Of a stretch of 64,000 nucleotides of DNA, positions 7,380 through 17,897 are shown in pieces. The DNA is from a virus. The stretch's first letter is position 1. Every line of letters begins with the position of its first letter. The translations under genes and the position numbers were made by a program. The notes below the pieces were generated by a model that worked only from the letters and a program-made list of their open reading frames with translations, was not told the DNA's origin and did not search any database. The stretch lies in IMG/VR virus record IMGVR_UViG_3300032242_002636, positions 1-64,000 of that record; one strand, 5' to 3'.

Positions 7380-7808
7380 ATGGAAAAAAAACCTAATAGA
7401 TTATCATGGGAAGAATATGCATTAAAGATTGCTGAAGTAACGGCTCTTCGTTCTGAAGATCCTTATATGAAGGTAGGATCTTGTGTTCTTAATTCTGACA
7501 ATAGAATCATTGGTGTAGGATATAATGGTCTAGCTGCTGGTAAACATGTTACAGATGAATTCTGGAGCGATAGAGACCAACGTAGGAAGTATATGATACA
7601 TGCTGAAGCCAATGCTCTTTCTCTTATAGATCGTGGACAAGGTGTTCTACTTGCCTGTACTCTTCTCCCTTGTAGTTCATGTGCTACTTTAATAGCTGGA
7701 CACGCAATCAAAAAGGTAGTTTACAGAGAGACCTATAAGAGAGACGAATCAGCCTTAGAAATTTTTGATTTTTATGGTATCAAGTGTGAACAACACTTGT
7801 GGAGTTAA
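7380..7808 (+). CDS. dCMP deaminase
   Basis: HAEANA and PCSSC Zn-binding motifs, GYNG. Confidence 0.92.
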   Translation: MEKKPNRLSWEEYALKIAEVTALRSEDPYMKVGSCVLNSDNRIIGVGYNGLAAGKHVTDEFWSDRDQRRKYMIHAEANALSLIDRGQGVLLACTLLPCSSCATLIAGHAIKKVVYRETYKRDESALEIFDFYGIKCEQHLWS

Positions 7809-7810
7809 TA

Positions 7811-8314
7811 TTAAACTCCAGCAGCAGTATATAAACGATAGAGAACATCTAAAGAAGAATTAAGATCTTCTCTGTTTATTATACTGTTAATGTGATCAAG
7901 AGTAGGAACATCATTAACATCCATATTGGCAGTTTTTCTGATAAAGTCTTTTAACTTTATAGGATCTACCTTATGGTATTTGAAAGGTGATGGATTTGTA
8001 AGATCAAGATCAAATTCTAATTCTACATCATCAATTAAATCTTTAATAGCCTGTCTATCAAGACCAACATGAATTCCTCTAAGTTTTTTTAACTTCTTAG
8101 GAGTTTCAATTTCATCTTCTTCTTGCTTGTAATTTTCACCTTTCATAACATTTTCAATGACATTATCAACGGTGCGTCTATTTTCCTTTACAAGCTTGGA
8201 ATATGGTGAATTTTTTAATAGAAAGGATTCCTCTACTGTAAGCTTCTTTCCAAAAAAGAAATGTTGTTCTGCTAATCTTTTTAAATATTTTCTGTTTTTC
8301 ATATTATATTGCAA
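7811..8314 (-). CDS. hypothetical protein, third gene of the AAA-vWA operon
   Basis: overlaps the AAA gene stop. Confidence 0.65.
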   Translation of the reverse strand: MQYNMKNRKYLKRLAEQHFFFGKKLTVEESFLLKNSPYSKLVKENRRTVDNVIENVMKGENYKQEEDEIETPKKLKKLRGIHVGLDRQAIKDLIDDVELEFDLDLTNPSPFKYHKVDPIKLKDFIRKTANMDVNDVPTLDHINSIINREDLNSSLDVLYRLYTAAGV

Positions 8315-10001
8315 ATTCTCCTAATTGTTCAAATACACCACCATCAGGATTTTTATCTGACTTTGGCTCATTGATATCTGCCTTGGTTGCTGGATCATAT
8401 GTACCATATTGTAAGAAGGCTATAAAAAGTCTCTTCTGTACTTCTGGGAATTGACTTAGAATACCTCTGAGTAAGATACCAGCCCATTCAATATTTGTTC
8501 TGGCTAATACTTTGGCAGCACCTTCAAATATCTTGAATACCTGTGGATCACTATTGATGTGATCATTTAGGAATTTAACTACTTCAGCTTCGTTCATTGT
8601 ATCTTCATCTAATTCATCAAGATGAACACCACTATTAACAAGTTTGTTTGCTGCTGTTCTTAGTCTTGATTTGATATTATAAATAATTTGTCCTAGTTTA
8701 GCTGTTTTAATAGTACCTCTATCTTTCTTTCCGAGATCCTTTTGTTTTAATACTTCATCAAGATTGAAATTCTTAATTTCATCTACCCAACTCATGAAAG
8801 CAGTGACCCATTTTCTACCAGTGATTTTTGCACCTCTTTCGATAACATATTTTTCAAAGGGATATTCAGGTTTTACACCACTTTGAATTGCTTTTTTATA
8901 ATCCTGAATTGCCTTTTTATACATCTTTGAAAATGCAACGAAAGCACGAGGAGAAGCAAATGGTCTTTGTTCAGATTGAATATCGGTTAGATTTTCTGTT
9001 GTGTAGAAATAATCATCTGGATTTTCCTTAATAAAGTTAATGACTCTTTCATCAACACCAACACTTTCTGCCCAATCACACCATCCATCAGGATCTACTG
9101 TTAAAATACCAATACCACCTGTCTGTCTACCTAAGAAGGCAGCACTAAGAGGTTCTGAATCAACACCTCTACCGGGGATGTTTGATGCTGCTACTATTGC
9201 AAGTCCTTGTGAAAGCTTGTCATCGGCTACTGTTCTCTTCTGAATAAGCTTGAGTAATGCACTTCTTACATCAACAGTACCTAAGTTAACTTCATCCAAG
9301 AAAATGAATCCTTCTAGATTCTTTCTTGTAATCAGATAAAGTTCCATTCCCTTTACATATTTCTGATAACCAGCTTCAGCCTTTCCTTGTTCAGGAAGAC
9401 CTTTAATATCAAGACGATCAAGTTCTGTAGCAGTTAATTCTAATACTACAAAATAGTTTTGTGGATTGTTTAATACTTCTAATTTCTTTTGTTCATCAAC
9501 TTCAGACCAATCCACATATTCTCTAACAGAAGAACCATTCTCTTCTGGTTGGTTTGCGTCAAACTTCTGTGTAGCAAAACTATAGTCACTTGGCTTTATG
9601 TATTCTCCCTTTGTTGAAGATCTTGCAATCTGTTCTGCAAATGATCTTACAGTATCACTCTTACCAATACCGGGATCACCAAGAATTAAAAGAGGTTCTT
9701 TTGTTACGAAAGCAGCATTGATTGCAAGATGTAGTGTTTTATATGACCATGTATCAAGATTAGGAGCGTCTGCAAGTGCCTTAGAAGTACCTAAATCTCT
9801 TTTGTATCCTGCTCTGGAAATAAGATCCAAATCTTCCATATCATCGGTTTCGTTAGGAGTTTGTTCAAGTGCTTTTAAATTACCACCAGCCATTTGATTA
9901 GCTTCCTGATCACTTGCAGCTTCTTTGAGAACTACTATATTAGAGAATACTTTGCTATATTCTTCCATTAAATTTTCTAAATCTTTATTCTTGATTGACA
10001 T
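8304..10001 (-). CDS. MoxR-type AAA+ ATPase with KD-type N-terminal leader
   Basis: Walker A GDPGIGKS, Walker B FLDEVN, AASN sensor, SPR motif. Confidence 0.85.
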   Translation of the reverse strand: MSIKNKDLENLMEEYSKVFSNIVVLKEAASDQEANQMAGGNLKALEQTPNETDDMEDLDLISRAGYKRDLGTSKALADAPNLDTWSYKTLHLAINAAFVTKEPLLILGDPGIGKSDTVRSFAEQIARSSTKGEYIKPSDYSFATQKFDANQPEENGSSVREYVDWSEVDEQKKLEVLNNPQNYFVVLELTATELDRLDIKGLPEQGKAEAGYQKYVKGMELYLITRKNLEGFIFLDEVNLGTVDVRSALLKLIQKRTVADDKLSQGLAIVAASNIPGRGVDSEPLSAAFLGRQTGGIGILTVDPDGWCDWAESVGVDERVINFIKENPDDYFYTTENLTDIQSEQRPFASPRAFVAFSKMYKKAIQDYKKAIQSGVKPEYPFEKYVIERGAKITGRKWVTAFMSWVDEIKNFNLDEVLKQKDLGKKDRGTIKTAKLGQIIYNIKSRLRTAANKLVNSGVHLDELDEDTMNEAEVVKFLNDHINSDPQVFKIFEGAAKVLARTNIEWAGILLRGILSQFPEVQKRLFIAFLQYGTYDPATKADINEPKSDKNPDGGVFEQLGEFAI

Positions 10002-10039
10002 ATTATCTATTATTTACACTTATATTTACAAAATTTACG

Positions 10040-11839
10040 TTAATATTTGATATTAACTTCTACAACTCTTCCTGCATATTTTTCTAATATATCTGTTTTA
10101 CCACCGGGAGTGATCAAATATAGAATTCTATTCTGTTCTACTTTTGGTATGGAAGGATTTTCTTCTGTATGACCATCAGTAAAATATATAAGACCTTCTA
10201 TTTTCTTAATTTGCTTAGAATCTAAATATTGTTTAACACAGCTTAAATAAGTTCCTCCGTCATTTCTTATCTTCATTTTACCCAATTCTGCCTTAATCTT
10301 ATCAAGACTCATGGTTTTACTGTCGATATTAGTCTCTGTATAAACATCATCCATCCAGAAAAGAACCTTTAATTTTACGGTTTTTCTACTTGATACGATT
10401 GATGCTACTTCATTTAAGAATGTATGAATCTGATTTGATGATATAGAACCACTAGTATCAATAGCCACAATAAGGTCTAACTTGTCTTTTACAAGCTTTT
10501 CACTAGGCATATAGGTACTAGCACCCACCCAATAACGAGAACTTGGTCTTCTCCAATTCTGTTCCATAGTAGGAAGACCTCCTACGAAATTTCTTAATAA
10601 AGATTTCCAATCTGTTTTTGTTTTTAAAATTTCCTTTTTAATGAGTCCACCTGTTCCGCTTCCTGCACCTGTTCCACGACTAGCTGAACCCGGATTTTCT
10701 CTTAAAGTCTGATCATATGCTTTTTGTATTATGTCAGTAAGATCCTTTTCCTGTTGATCTAGATCCTTTTTAGAATCTGTTTCATTAGGTTCATATCTTT
10801 CATCGTTATTTGGTGCTTGTATAGGAGTAGGCTTCTTAGGCTTTTTTTTAGCTTCGGTTTCCTTTTGTTCCTCTGGTTTTCCACCACCGCCTCCACTACC
10901 TTCGCCTTCTTGCTCACTCTCACCGCTTCCGCTTCCCTTACCTTTGCCCTTTCCTTCTCCCTCACCTTCACCTTCACCTTCACCTTCTCCCTCACCTTCG
11001 CCTTTATCTCCCTTGCCTTTTCCCTTGCCTTTGCCTTCCTTATCACCAGATTCTCCCTCTCCCTCTCCCTCTCCCTCTTCCTCCCCTTCACCTTCACCTT
11101 CACCTTCAGAATCGCCCTCACCTTCCTGCCCCTCTCCTTCGCCCTCTTGTTCATCCTCTTCACCAGTAGGATCAATAGGCTGATCGAACTTTTCTGAAGA
11201 TTCAATATCATCCTGAACCTTGTCAGGATCTTTCTTTTGCCAATTTTCAATGAAAGTATACATCTTTTCTGCTGTAAAATCAGTAATATCCACATTACCA
11301 TATTTTTCGATACGCCATCTTCCATCTGTTCCTTTTCTTGGTAATAGTGCTCTAAAATCATCACTATCAGGAAGCTTAAATCCATCTTCTGAAAGATCTC
11401 TATTGATAATATAATCTGTAGCTACATTCCATAGTTGATGGTTTCTTGATCCTTTTCTGAAAAAGGATAGACCAACAACATGACCGCATTCATGAACTAA
11501 AACTGCTGTAACTCCATCTTGATCAAGATTTTTTGTAGCAAAAATTGGATTGATATAGATATTTCCTATAGCATCAACAGCCATAGTATCGACATCATAA
11601 GTCATTACTGTCTTTAATGTGTTTAAAATTCTCCAATAGAAAGGGAAAGTCTTCTGGAGAACATATCTAGAACGAGCCAATCTAAGATCAAGTTCTTTGA
11701 AAGTTTCATCGTCAATAGTAGGTGCATTCTTTTCCTTTTGCTCCTTTATAAGTCTTTTGGGCTTTTGTTGAATACGATTTTTTTCTATAACCGAAAGGTA
11801 TCTTTCGAAAATCTGATTCATGTCCTTATCGTATATCAT
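10040..11839 (-). CDS. metallopeptidase (HExxH)-vWA protein (DUF2201-like)
   Basis: [21 protein letters not shown]; Gly/Glu linker; MIDAS DTSGS, GGT, FTDG. Confidence 0.88.
   Translation of the reverse strand: MIYDKDMNQIFERYLSVIEKNRIQQKPKRLIKEQKEKNAPTIDDETFKELDLRLARSRYVLQKTFPFYWRILNTLKTVMTYDVDTMAVDAIGNIYINPIFATKNLDQDGVTAVLVHECGHVVGLSFFRKGSRNHQLWNVATDYIINRDLSEDGFKLPDSDDFRALLPRKGTDGRWRIEKYGNVDITDFTAEKMYTFIENWQKKDPDKVQDDIESSEKFDQPIDPTGEEDEQEGEGEGQEGEGDSEGEGEGEGEEEGEGEGEGESGDKEGKGKGKGKGDKGEGEGEGEGEGEGEGEGKGKGKGSGSGESEQEGEGSGGGGGKPEEQKETEAKKKPKKPTPIQAPNNDERYEPNETDSKKDLDQQEKDLTDIIQKAYDQTLRENPGSASRGTGAGSGTGGLIKKEILKTKTDWKSLLRNFVGGLPTMEQNWRRPSSRYWVGASTYMPSEKLVKDKLDLIVAIDTSGSISSNQIHTFLNEVASIVSSRKTVKLKVLFWMDDVYTETNIDSKTMSLDKIKAELGKMKIRNDGGTYLSCVKQYLDSKQIKKIEGLIYFTDGHTEENPSIPKVEQNRILYLITPGGKTDILEKYAGRVVEVNIKY
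10880..11165 (-). repeat. low-complexity (Glu-Gly)n/(Lys-Gly)n coding repeat
   Basis: tandem GAAGGT/GAGGGA hexamers. Confidence 0.85.
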
Positions 11840-11907
11840 ATTACCTATTTATCAGATTTAAATACTTTTACACTAAATAATAGATATTTTTTGGATAAGT
11901 TATTATT

Positions 11908-12483
11908 ATGAACAATTTATCAGAAAACGTACAGATGAGAAAACCAGAACATACAATGAATACTATGGTTGTTCCTTCTATTAACATTAGCCCAAGTGTA
12001 GTTAATATAGGAGAAAATATCAATAAAGCATTTGAGGAAAGAGCAAATAGATTCAGAAGACCTGTTCCTTCCGAGGAAAATATAAAGAGCCAAATTGCAA
12101 AACTTGTTGGTGATAGATTGAAATATTATTATGAAAATATTGAAGCACATCCTTCTGAAATGGGATTTCCTAAAGATTGGAAAGTAGAACAAGTTAAGGC
12201 TGATTATATTAATGGATATTATGTTTATGCGTGTATTGTATTAAACACAGAAGAAAATAATCGTTGGTTTGTTTTCTTTGATGCAAAATCAAATGCTTCC
12301 AAAAACATTGATCCTCACTATTTTAACATCAAAACAAAACATTTCAATATTGATAAGTTCCCTATGGACATGATTGTAAATGCTCCTCAAGAAGCAAAGG
12401 GAAAAGCAATAGAAATGACCGAGAAGCAATTTGCTGATACAGTTGGATCTAAGAGAGTTGGTGGTATTCTTTCTAAGCTTTAA
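11908..12483 (+). CDS. hypothetical protein
   Basis: 191-aa ORF. Confidence 0.65.
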   Translation: MNNLSENVQMRKPEHTMNTMVVPSINISPSVVNIGENINKAFEERANRFRRPVPSEENIKSQIAKLVGDRLKYYYENIEAHPSEMGFPKDWKVEQVKADYINGYYVYACIVLNTEENNRWFVFFDAKSNASKNIDPHYFNIKTKHFNIDKFPMDMIVNAPQEAKGKAIEMTEKQFADTVGSKRVGGILSKL

Positions 12484-12484
12484 T

Positions 12485-12682
12485 CTAAGCTGTTATAATT
12501 GTAAATTTAAAAAGAAATAATCCGTGAGATTTTCCTTTAGTTAATTCTTTTTTAGCACTTACGATTAATTTATTTTTTGCTAGTAATAGTCTTTTCTGTT
12601 CTAATGCAGAATCTGCTTCTTCTGGAGTTCCAAAGAAGCCGCTCCATTTAATTACGTTGCTATCGTATTTTGGAACATCCAT
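12485..12682 (-). CDS. small hypothetical late protein
   Basis: 65 aa; TAAGTA upstream within a hairpin loop. Confidence 0.55.
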   Translation of the reverse strand: MDVPKYDSNVIKWSGFFGTPEEADSALEQKRLLLAKNKLIVSAKKELTKGKSHGLFLFKFTIITA

Positions 12683-12730
12683 ACATATAATACTTAATAT
12701 ATGTATGATACTAGTTTTCTAGAAAAAAAA

Positions 12731-12817
12731 TGGTGGGCAGAGAAGGACTCGAACCTTCGATGTCATTTAAGACGGGAAATTTACAGTCTCCTGCAATAGC
12801 CACTATGCGATCTACCC
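12731..12817 (-). tRNA. tRNA-Tyr(GUA)
   Basis: GGGTAGA/TCTGCCC acceptor, GGAGA-CTGTAAA-TTTCC, long variable arm, CCA. Confidence 0.93.
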
Positions 12818-12828
12818 ATTATAAAATT

Positions 12829-13104
12829 TTAATCTTCTTTTAAAGCTTCTTCGAGAAGAATGTTGAATGTATCATTGATGGTACAATCATTATCCAAAGA
12901 ATGTTTAATAAGAAATAAAAGAAGTTCTTTTGGATATTCATCTAATTCAACATCAAGCTTCTTCCATTTTCTGAGAAAGACAGAACCATCTTCCTGAATC
13001 TCCCATGTAAACTTATCACCTTTGTTAAGACCATACTCTTGCATTTCCTCATCGGTAAACTCAAGGTATGCTTCTTCTCTAGTTTTGATTTCTTTATATT
13101 TCAT
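12829..13104 (-). CDS. AbrB/MazE/SpoVT-like DNA-binding protein
   Basis: YLEFTDEEMQEYGLNKGDKFTW..EDGSVFLRK swapped-hairpin pattern. Confidence 0.65.
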   Translation of the reverse strand: MKYKEIKTREEAYLEFTDEEMQEYGLNKGDKFTWEIQEDGSVFLRKWKKLDVELDEYPKELLLFLIKHSLDNDCTINDTFNILLEEALKED

Positions 13105-13110
13105 TTTTAT

Positions 13111-13139
13111 ATATTAACATTATGACCTAATAATGTCAA
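13111..13139 (-). promoter_or_regulatory. sigma70 promoter, leaderless
   Basis: TTGACA-17-TAATAT; ATG 6 nt downstream. Confidence 0.7.
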
Positions 13140-13512
13140 CAAATTCTTTTGGAAGAACTACATTTAAAGGATATCCTTCAAATAAAGGTGCAATATCTTC
13201 TTCTTTATAAGAAGCCAAACCACATCCTATTTTTGTTACAAGAAAAGTAAAGTCAGGATTTTGTTCTGCATAAATAAGAAATTCATTAACATAATCTTTA
13301 ATCTCTATTAAATCCAAAGTTTTAATAACATAGTCTTTGGTAGGTATGGCATAGGTTTTTCCTTGATGACCAACGCCAATTCCCCATACTGCACCGAATC
13401 TATCAAATGCAAGTTTGGCTGCTCCTGCTCCGTGTATTCCAGCTTCATTAGAACCGAATACAAAGATTTCATCATTTTCTAGATGTGATATATTGTTAGG
13501 TGTAAATCTCAT
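13120..13512 (-). CDS. A1S_2505-family phage protein (macrodomain-like)
   Basis: FVFGSN..GIHGAGAA..A, TYAIPT, FLVTKIGCGLA; ATG 13512 preferred over TTG 13524. Confidence 0.75.
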   Translation of the reverse strand: MRFTPNNISHLENDEIFVFGSNEAGIHGAGAAKLAFDRFGAVWGIGVGHQGKTYAIPTKDYVIKTLDLIEIKDYVNEFLIYAEQNPDFTFLVTKIGCGLASYKEEDIAPLFEGYPLNVVLPKEFVDIIRS

Positions 13513-13602
13513 ATTTTTTGACAATATCTGGATGATGTTTAATACGATCTATTGTATATACCAATTTTCATTCCTATATACTATAGGAAATAACCAAAAA
13601 GA

Positions 13603-13845
13603 TCAAGAAGTTTTTTCTACTCTTTTTAGTTTTGTGTAGTATTTAGGATCTTCAAACAGATGATCCATAGCAATTGTTTTTGCTGTTTCTTCGTCTTGAG
13701 TATGCTCTCTTTCTACCTCAAGACCCGCATTTAATTCGCTCTGAAGCTCTTCTAAACTTACATTATGCTTAGTAGCAAGGCTCTCAATAGTCTGACCTTT
13801 TGCCAGACCATTTAAAACATTTTCTACTAAAGTATTGAACTTCAT
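13603..13845 (-). CDS. DUF5661-like small protein
   Basis: GLEVEREHT....A..IAMDHL.EDPKYYTKL. Confidence 0.75.
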   Translation of the reverse strand: MKFNTLVENVLNGLAKGQTIESLATKHNVSLEELQSELNAGLEVEREHTQDEETAKTIAMDHLFEDPKYYTKLKRVEKTS

Positions 13846-13856
13846 AAAATTACTTA

Positions 13857-14102
13857 CTAAAATTCTATCTTAAAATTAGTATATGTTCTATTATTTAAGT
13901 TTTTATCTGTTTCTTTTACTACTTGACCAGTTAGGATTAATCCTAACTTTTTGAATAAAGTCAGTTTATAATTTTCTTGTAAATGTTTATTAATAACATC
14001 AATATTAGGATTATCTACATAACCTTCCTGATTGGGTTTGGCTGTTTGTGCAGAACAAACACCAATCAGAAATAAGAATATTATGCTTCGCAGGATTTGC
14101 AT
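13857..14102 (-). CDS. small exported/membrane protein
   Basis: signal-peptide-like IIFLFLIGVCSA. Confidence 0.5.
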   Translation of the reverse strand: MQILRSIIFLFLIGVCSAQTAKPNQEGYVDNPNIDVINKHLQENYKLTLFKKLGLILTGQVVKETDKNLNNRTYTNFKIEF

Positions 14103-15757
14103 GTCATAATTGAACGAGCAAGTTCCTTTGCTGGATTGGTTGATCTTTGATAATAGAGACTCTTAATACCCTGTTCCCATGCAAAAATGATAAGTTCATT
14201 AACAGCCTTTGGTGGTGTTCCAGCAGGAATAAGCATGTTTAAACTCTGCCCCTGATCAATATACTTTTGACGAGAAGCAGCCTGAATAATAATTTCCTTC
14301 TGAGAAGTCTCTTCAAATGTCTTAAAAACATCTTTCTCTTCTTGGGTGAGGAAATCAACATGCTGAACCGATCCACTATGCTTGAGAATGTCCATCCAAG
14401 TGTCATCATCATTCTTACCTTTTTCTTTTAAGAGCTTCTTGAGATAGGGATTCTTATATGAGAACTTTCCTTTGGCAAGATCCTTAACATAATAGTTACT
14501 ATTATTTGGTTCAATAGACGGACTAACCTGACCTAAGATAAATGAGGATGACGTTGTAGGAGCAACAGCAAGTGTAGTAGTATTTCTGCGACCATAACCT
14601 TTAAGAAGTTCTGGTTCACCAATTAATTCGGAAAGTTCTTTAGTTGCTTTGTCTGCTCTTTCACGAATGGTTTTCCAAATGGTAGTGTTTAGAAGTTTTG
14701 CTTCCATTGATTCAAATGCGATCATCTTTGATTGGAGAAGGGAATGCCACCCAAGAACACCAAGACCTAAAGCACGATGACGCATAGCAAACTTTCTAGG
14801 AGCTTCCATAAACTTCATACCATCAGTCTTGTTGATGAATTCTGACATAACAGCATCCAAGAAATAAATCATAGTCTCTACTGCATCAGTATCTTTCCAC
14901 TCTTCCCATCTCTCTAAATTCATTGAAGATAGATCACAAACAAATGATTCATCATCACTATTTGGAAGCATGATTTCTGTACAAAGATTTGATTGAGTAA
15001 TCTTTAATTTCTTATCCTTATAAACTTGTGGTGCTTGATTGTTTACATTATCGGTAAAGAAAATATAAGGATAACCAGACTCAAATCTCTTCTTGAGTAC
15101 CAATCCCCAAATTCTTCTCTTCTCTTTGTCACCATCAAGCATGGACTTCATCCAAGCATCAGTAATAGTGACACCAATTGAAAGATCTTGGATCTCGTTA
15201 CCTTCACCACGAATCTTTAAAAACTCTTCAATATCACCATGATCAATTGGAAGATAGGCTGCGAAAGATCCACGACGAACATTACCTTGCGATACAACGC
15301 TCATAAGCTTATTATAAAGCTCCATGAAATGAATTGATCCAGTAGACTCACCACCAGATGAAATCTCCGTTCCTCTTGCTCTCAAGTCACCAAAATAAGC
15401 AGAAGTACCTCCACCATTCTTTGTCATGATTCCAACTTCAGCAACCTTCTCAAGAATTCCTGCCATTGTGTCAGGAATATGAGAACCAAAACAAGAAATA
15501 GGAAGACCTCTTTTGCGACCAAAGTTTGACCAGATAGGAGAAGCTAGAGAATAAAATCCTCTGTGCATATAACCTTCAAACTTTTTTGCAAACTTTGTAT
15601 CACCTGTAAACTCTACTAAAAGTTTCTGTGCAGTTTTTGCAATATCAGAAATTCTCTGTTCTGGTGTTTCACCTTCTAACAAATATCCTCTTTGAAGGAA
15701 TTTTCTTGAATCTTTGTTAAGCCAATAAATCTCTGATTGATGCGTTTCGTTACTCAT
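14081..15757 (-). CDS. nrdA: ribonucleotide reductase class I alpha subunit (no ATP cone)
   Basis: ISCF, SNLCTEI, APTTSS, KSLYY, C-terminal CxxC. Confidence 0.95.
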   Translation of the reverse strand: MSNETHQSEIYWLNKDSRKFLQRGYLLEGETPEQRISDIAKTAQKLLVEFTGDTKFAKKFEGYMHRGFYSLASPIWSNFGRKRGLPISCFGSHIPDTMAGILEKVAEVGIMTKNGGGTSAYFGDLRARGTEISSGGESTGSIHFMELYNKLMSVVSQGNVRRGSFAAYLPIDHGDIEEFLKIRGEGNEIQDLSIGVTITDAWMKSMLDGDKEKRRIWGLVLKKRFESGYPYIFFTDNVNNQAPQVYKDKKLKITQSNLCTEIMLPNSDDESFVCDLSSMNLERWEEWKDTDAVETMIYFLDAVMSEFINKTDGMKFMEAPRKFAMRHRALGLGVLGWHSLLQSKMIAFESMEAKLLNTTIWKTIRERADKATKELSELIGEPELLKGYGRRNTTTLAVAPTTSSSFILGQVSPSIEPNNSNYYVKDLAKGKFSYKNPYLKKLLKEKGKNDDDTWMDILKHSGSVQHVDFLTQEEKDVFKTFEETSQKEIIIQAASRQKYIDQGQSLNMLIPAGTPPKAVNELIIFAWEQGIKSLYYQRSTNPAKELARSIMTCKSCEA

Positions 15758-15829
15758 AAAATTGATATATCTATCTTATCAAATTACTGACGAATAGCAA
15801 TCAAATTATAAATTTATTTTTATGAAATT

Positions 15830-16147
15830 TTAGAAACCAATGTTGGTATCATCTCCACCTTCGTATGAACCACCAGATGAGAAACTACCAGATAATTTAT
15901 CATTTCTATATAAACTACTATCTTTAAAAGATTTAGCAAATGCATCAATTCTTTTTTCGATGGCACTGTGTTGATCATACATATTCATATCGCTTCTTGT
16001 TGCGATTTCTTTTATCTGGTCGATCATTAACTTTGCTTTAGTTTCAAGACTGCTTAAAAAATTTTGAGTTGGCTGATCTATTTGGTCTTCTTTTAATAAA
16101 ACTTTTTTAAAAGCTTCTTCTAATAAAATTGTATCTTTATTTCTCAT
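15830..16147 (-). CDS. small late protein with KD-type leader
   Basis: MRNKDTILLEEAFKKVLLKE; TAAATA at 16154-16159. Confidence 0.7.
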   Translation of the reverse strand: MRNKDTILLEEAFKKVLLKEDQIDQPTQNFLSSLETKAKLMIDQIKEIATRSDMNMYDQHSAIEKRIDAFAKSFKDSSLYRNDKLSGSFSSGGSYEGGDDTNIGF

Positions 16148-16176
16148 ATTTAATATTTACCAAAAAAAAAACATTT

Positions 16177-16893
16177 TTATGAAATTTTTAATTTTTCTTT
16201 TCTTTTAGCCCAAGCTAGTTTCATCTTTTCTTTGGTTGATTCTTTATGCTTTTTACCAAACATATTATTATTTTCACCAGAATTAACATCTTTTAATTTC
16301 TTTCTGGTTTCTTCAGAAATTGAATTTTTCTTATAGAATTCTACCATTCTAAGTCTTTGTTCTTCTTTTGTTTTTTCGTTCCAATATCTTTTGTTGAATT
16401 CTTTTCTTTGTTGTCTTTGTTCATCTGAAACCCAAGGTAAACCTTTTTTTCTGCGAGTTTCTACCATTTTTTTCCAAGACTCTTTATTTCTTTTCTTTAA
16501 AGCTTCTTTCATTTTTCTTATGGTTTCTTCTGATTTTGGTTTTCTCATTTTATTTTTGGTAGCTTCGGTTAATCTATAACTTCCTTTGTTTACAAAGTTT
16601 TTGCCACCATTATGTTTGTTGAAAAATCTTGGATTTTCAGCAGCATTTACTTTCATTAAGAATCTTGATTCATATAATAAAGTTTCTTCTGATGTTTTAA
16701 AATGTTTTATTTTTAATATTTCAAATGCAACTAATCCATCTTTCTCTATTAAATCTTTAATGACTTTTGAAGTGGTTTTATAACCAGCTTCGGTCATTAA
16801 ATTTGAGGAATCTGCGGAAGCATTTATTTTACAACCAGCATAATATTTGTTGGATAGTTTATGTTTTATAATATAAAAATACGGATTTCCCAT
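16177..16893 (-). CDS. free-standing GIY-YIG-type homing endonuclease with NUMOD3 motifs
   Basis: YFYII...KYYAG, E and N(K)H catalytic region; GENNNMFGKKH..ETK.KM repeats. Confidence 0.8.
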   Translation of the reverse strand: MGNPYFYIIKHKLSNKYYAGCKINASADSSNLMTEAGYKTTSKVIKDLIEKDGLVAFEILKIKHFKTSEETLLYESRFLMKVNAAENPRFFNKHNGGKNFVNKGSYRLTEATKNKMRKPKSEETIRKMKEALKKRNKESWKKMVETRRKKGLPWVSDEQRQQRKEFNKRYWNEKTKEEQRLRMVEFYKKNSISEETRKKLKDVNSGENNNMFGKKHKESTKEKMKLAWAKRKEKLKIS

Positions 16894-16925
16894 ATTTATA
16901 CTTACTTCACTAGACCAGTGGAATA

Positions 16926-17897
16926 TTAAAATAATTCAGATTCATCAAAACATTGATTCTTTTTTGCGTATTCTGTTGGACGCTGGTGGAAAAAATCGGT
17001 CATGTTATTGCCAAGTAGTTCTTCTTCGAACCATTTAGTTTTACTTAATAGTTCCTTATCAACTTCAAACACAGGCTTGAATTTAATTTGAATTAGAGAA
17101 TCGTTGATACGATTTTTAATAAACTCTTTGAGAATAGGAGCAGTTAAATTTTCTTCTTTAATTCCATTAACCATCCAATCGACAATTTCTGATTCAGACT
17201 TAAATGCTTCTTTTGCTTCATGAGCAATCTTAGCTTCAAGTTCCTCATCAAATAATTCTGGATACTCTTCTCTAATTGTATTAATGATTCTAGTGCCAAC
17301 AAGACCATGAATCTGTTCTTCGTTACGAGTATATTTTACTTGTTGATCTGTGTCTTTAAGAACGTTCTTAAAACGAGCAAACCAATTGATGACATAAAAT
17401 TGTGAAAACAAACTAACATTCTCAACAAACAATGTGAATAAAATCAAAGCATAGAGATATTGTTTCTTAGAATCCTTATAAAATCTGTGAGTATATTTTC
17501 TAAGATATTTCACTCTTCCTTCGATCCAATCTAGCTTTAAATTCTTTTCAAAAATATCTTCAAGACCAAGAGCAGAAATTAATCTTTCGTATGCATTATT
17601 GTGAATAACTTCAACATTTGCCATTACATATCCAAGATCCGAAAGTGATGGATGGGGAAGATTTTCTCCAAGCTTTGCCCAAAATGTTTTGACTGCAATT
17701 TCAATCTGACCAATTGCAGAAAGAGTACGAATGACAATTTCTCTTTCTTGATCATTCAAATTTACTTTGAATTGTTGAACATCAGATTTAAAATTAAATT
17801 CTTTGTCTGTCCAAAAGCCATTGTGCATTGCTTCGATGAATTCTTCTGTCCAAGGATAGTTGTTAGGTTTACGGCTTATTTGTTCTTCGAATATCAT
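16926..17897 (-). CDS. nrdB: ribonucleotide reductase class I beta subunit
   Basis: FW, EVIHNNAY, ENVSLF, EEQIH di-metal ligands, C-terminal DFF..RPTEY. Confidence 0.95.
   Translation of the reverse strand: MIFEEQISRKPNNYPWTEEFIEAMHNGFWTDKEFNFKSDVQQFKVNLNDQEREIVIRTLSAIGQIEIAVKTFWAKLGENLPHPSLSDLGYVMANVEVIHNNAYERLISALGLEDIFEKNLKLDWIEGRVKYLRKYTHRFYKDSKKQYLYALILFTLFVENVSLFSQFYVINWFARFKNVLKDTDQQVKYTRNEEQIHGLVGTRIINTIREEYPELFDEELEAKIAHEAKEAFKSESEIVDWMVNGIKEENLTAPILKEFIKNRINDSLIQIKFKPVFEVDKELLSKTKWFEEELLGNNMTDFFHQRPTEYAKKNQCFDESELF

Noticed and set aside
10759-11414. Alternative-frame ORFs (poly-SP, poly-FT, KVKV)
   Set aside because: Shadows of the Glu-Gly hexamer repeat in the vWA gene.
15757-16926. 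Group I intron splitting nrd genes
   Set aside because: nrdA and nrdB are each complete, and the spacers are too short for an intron core.
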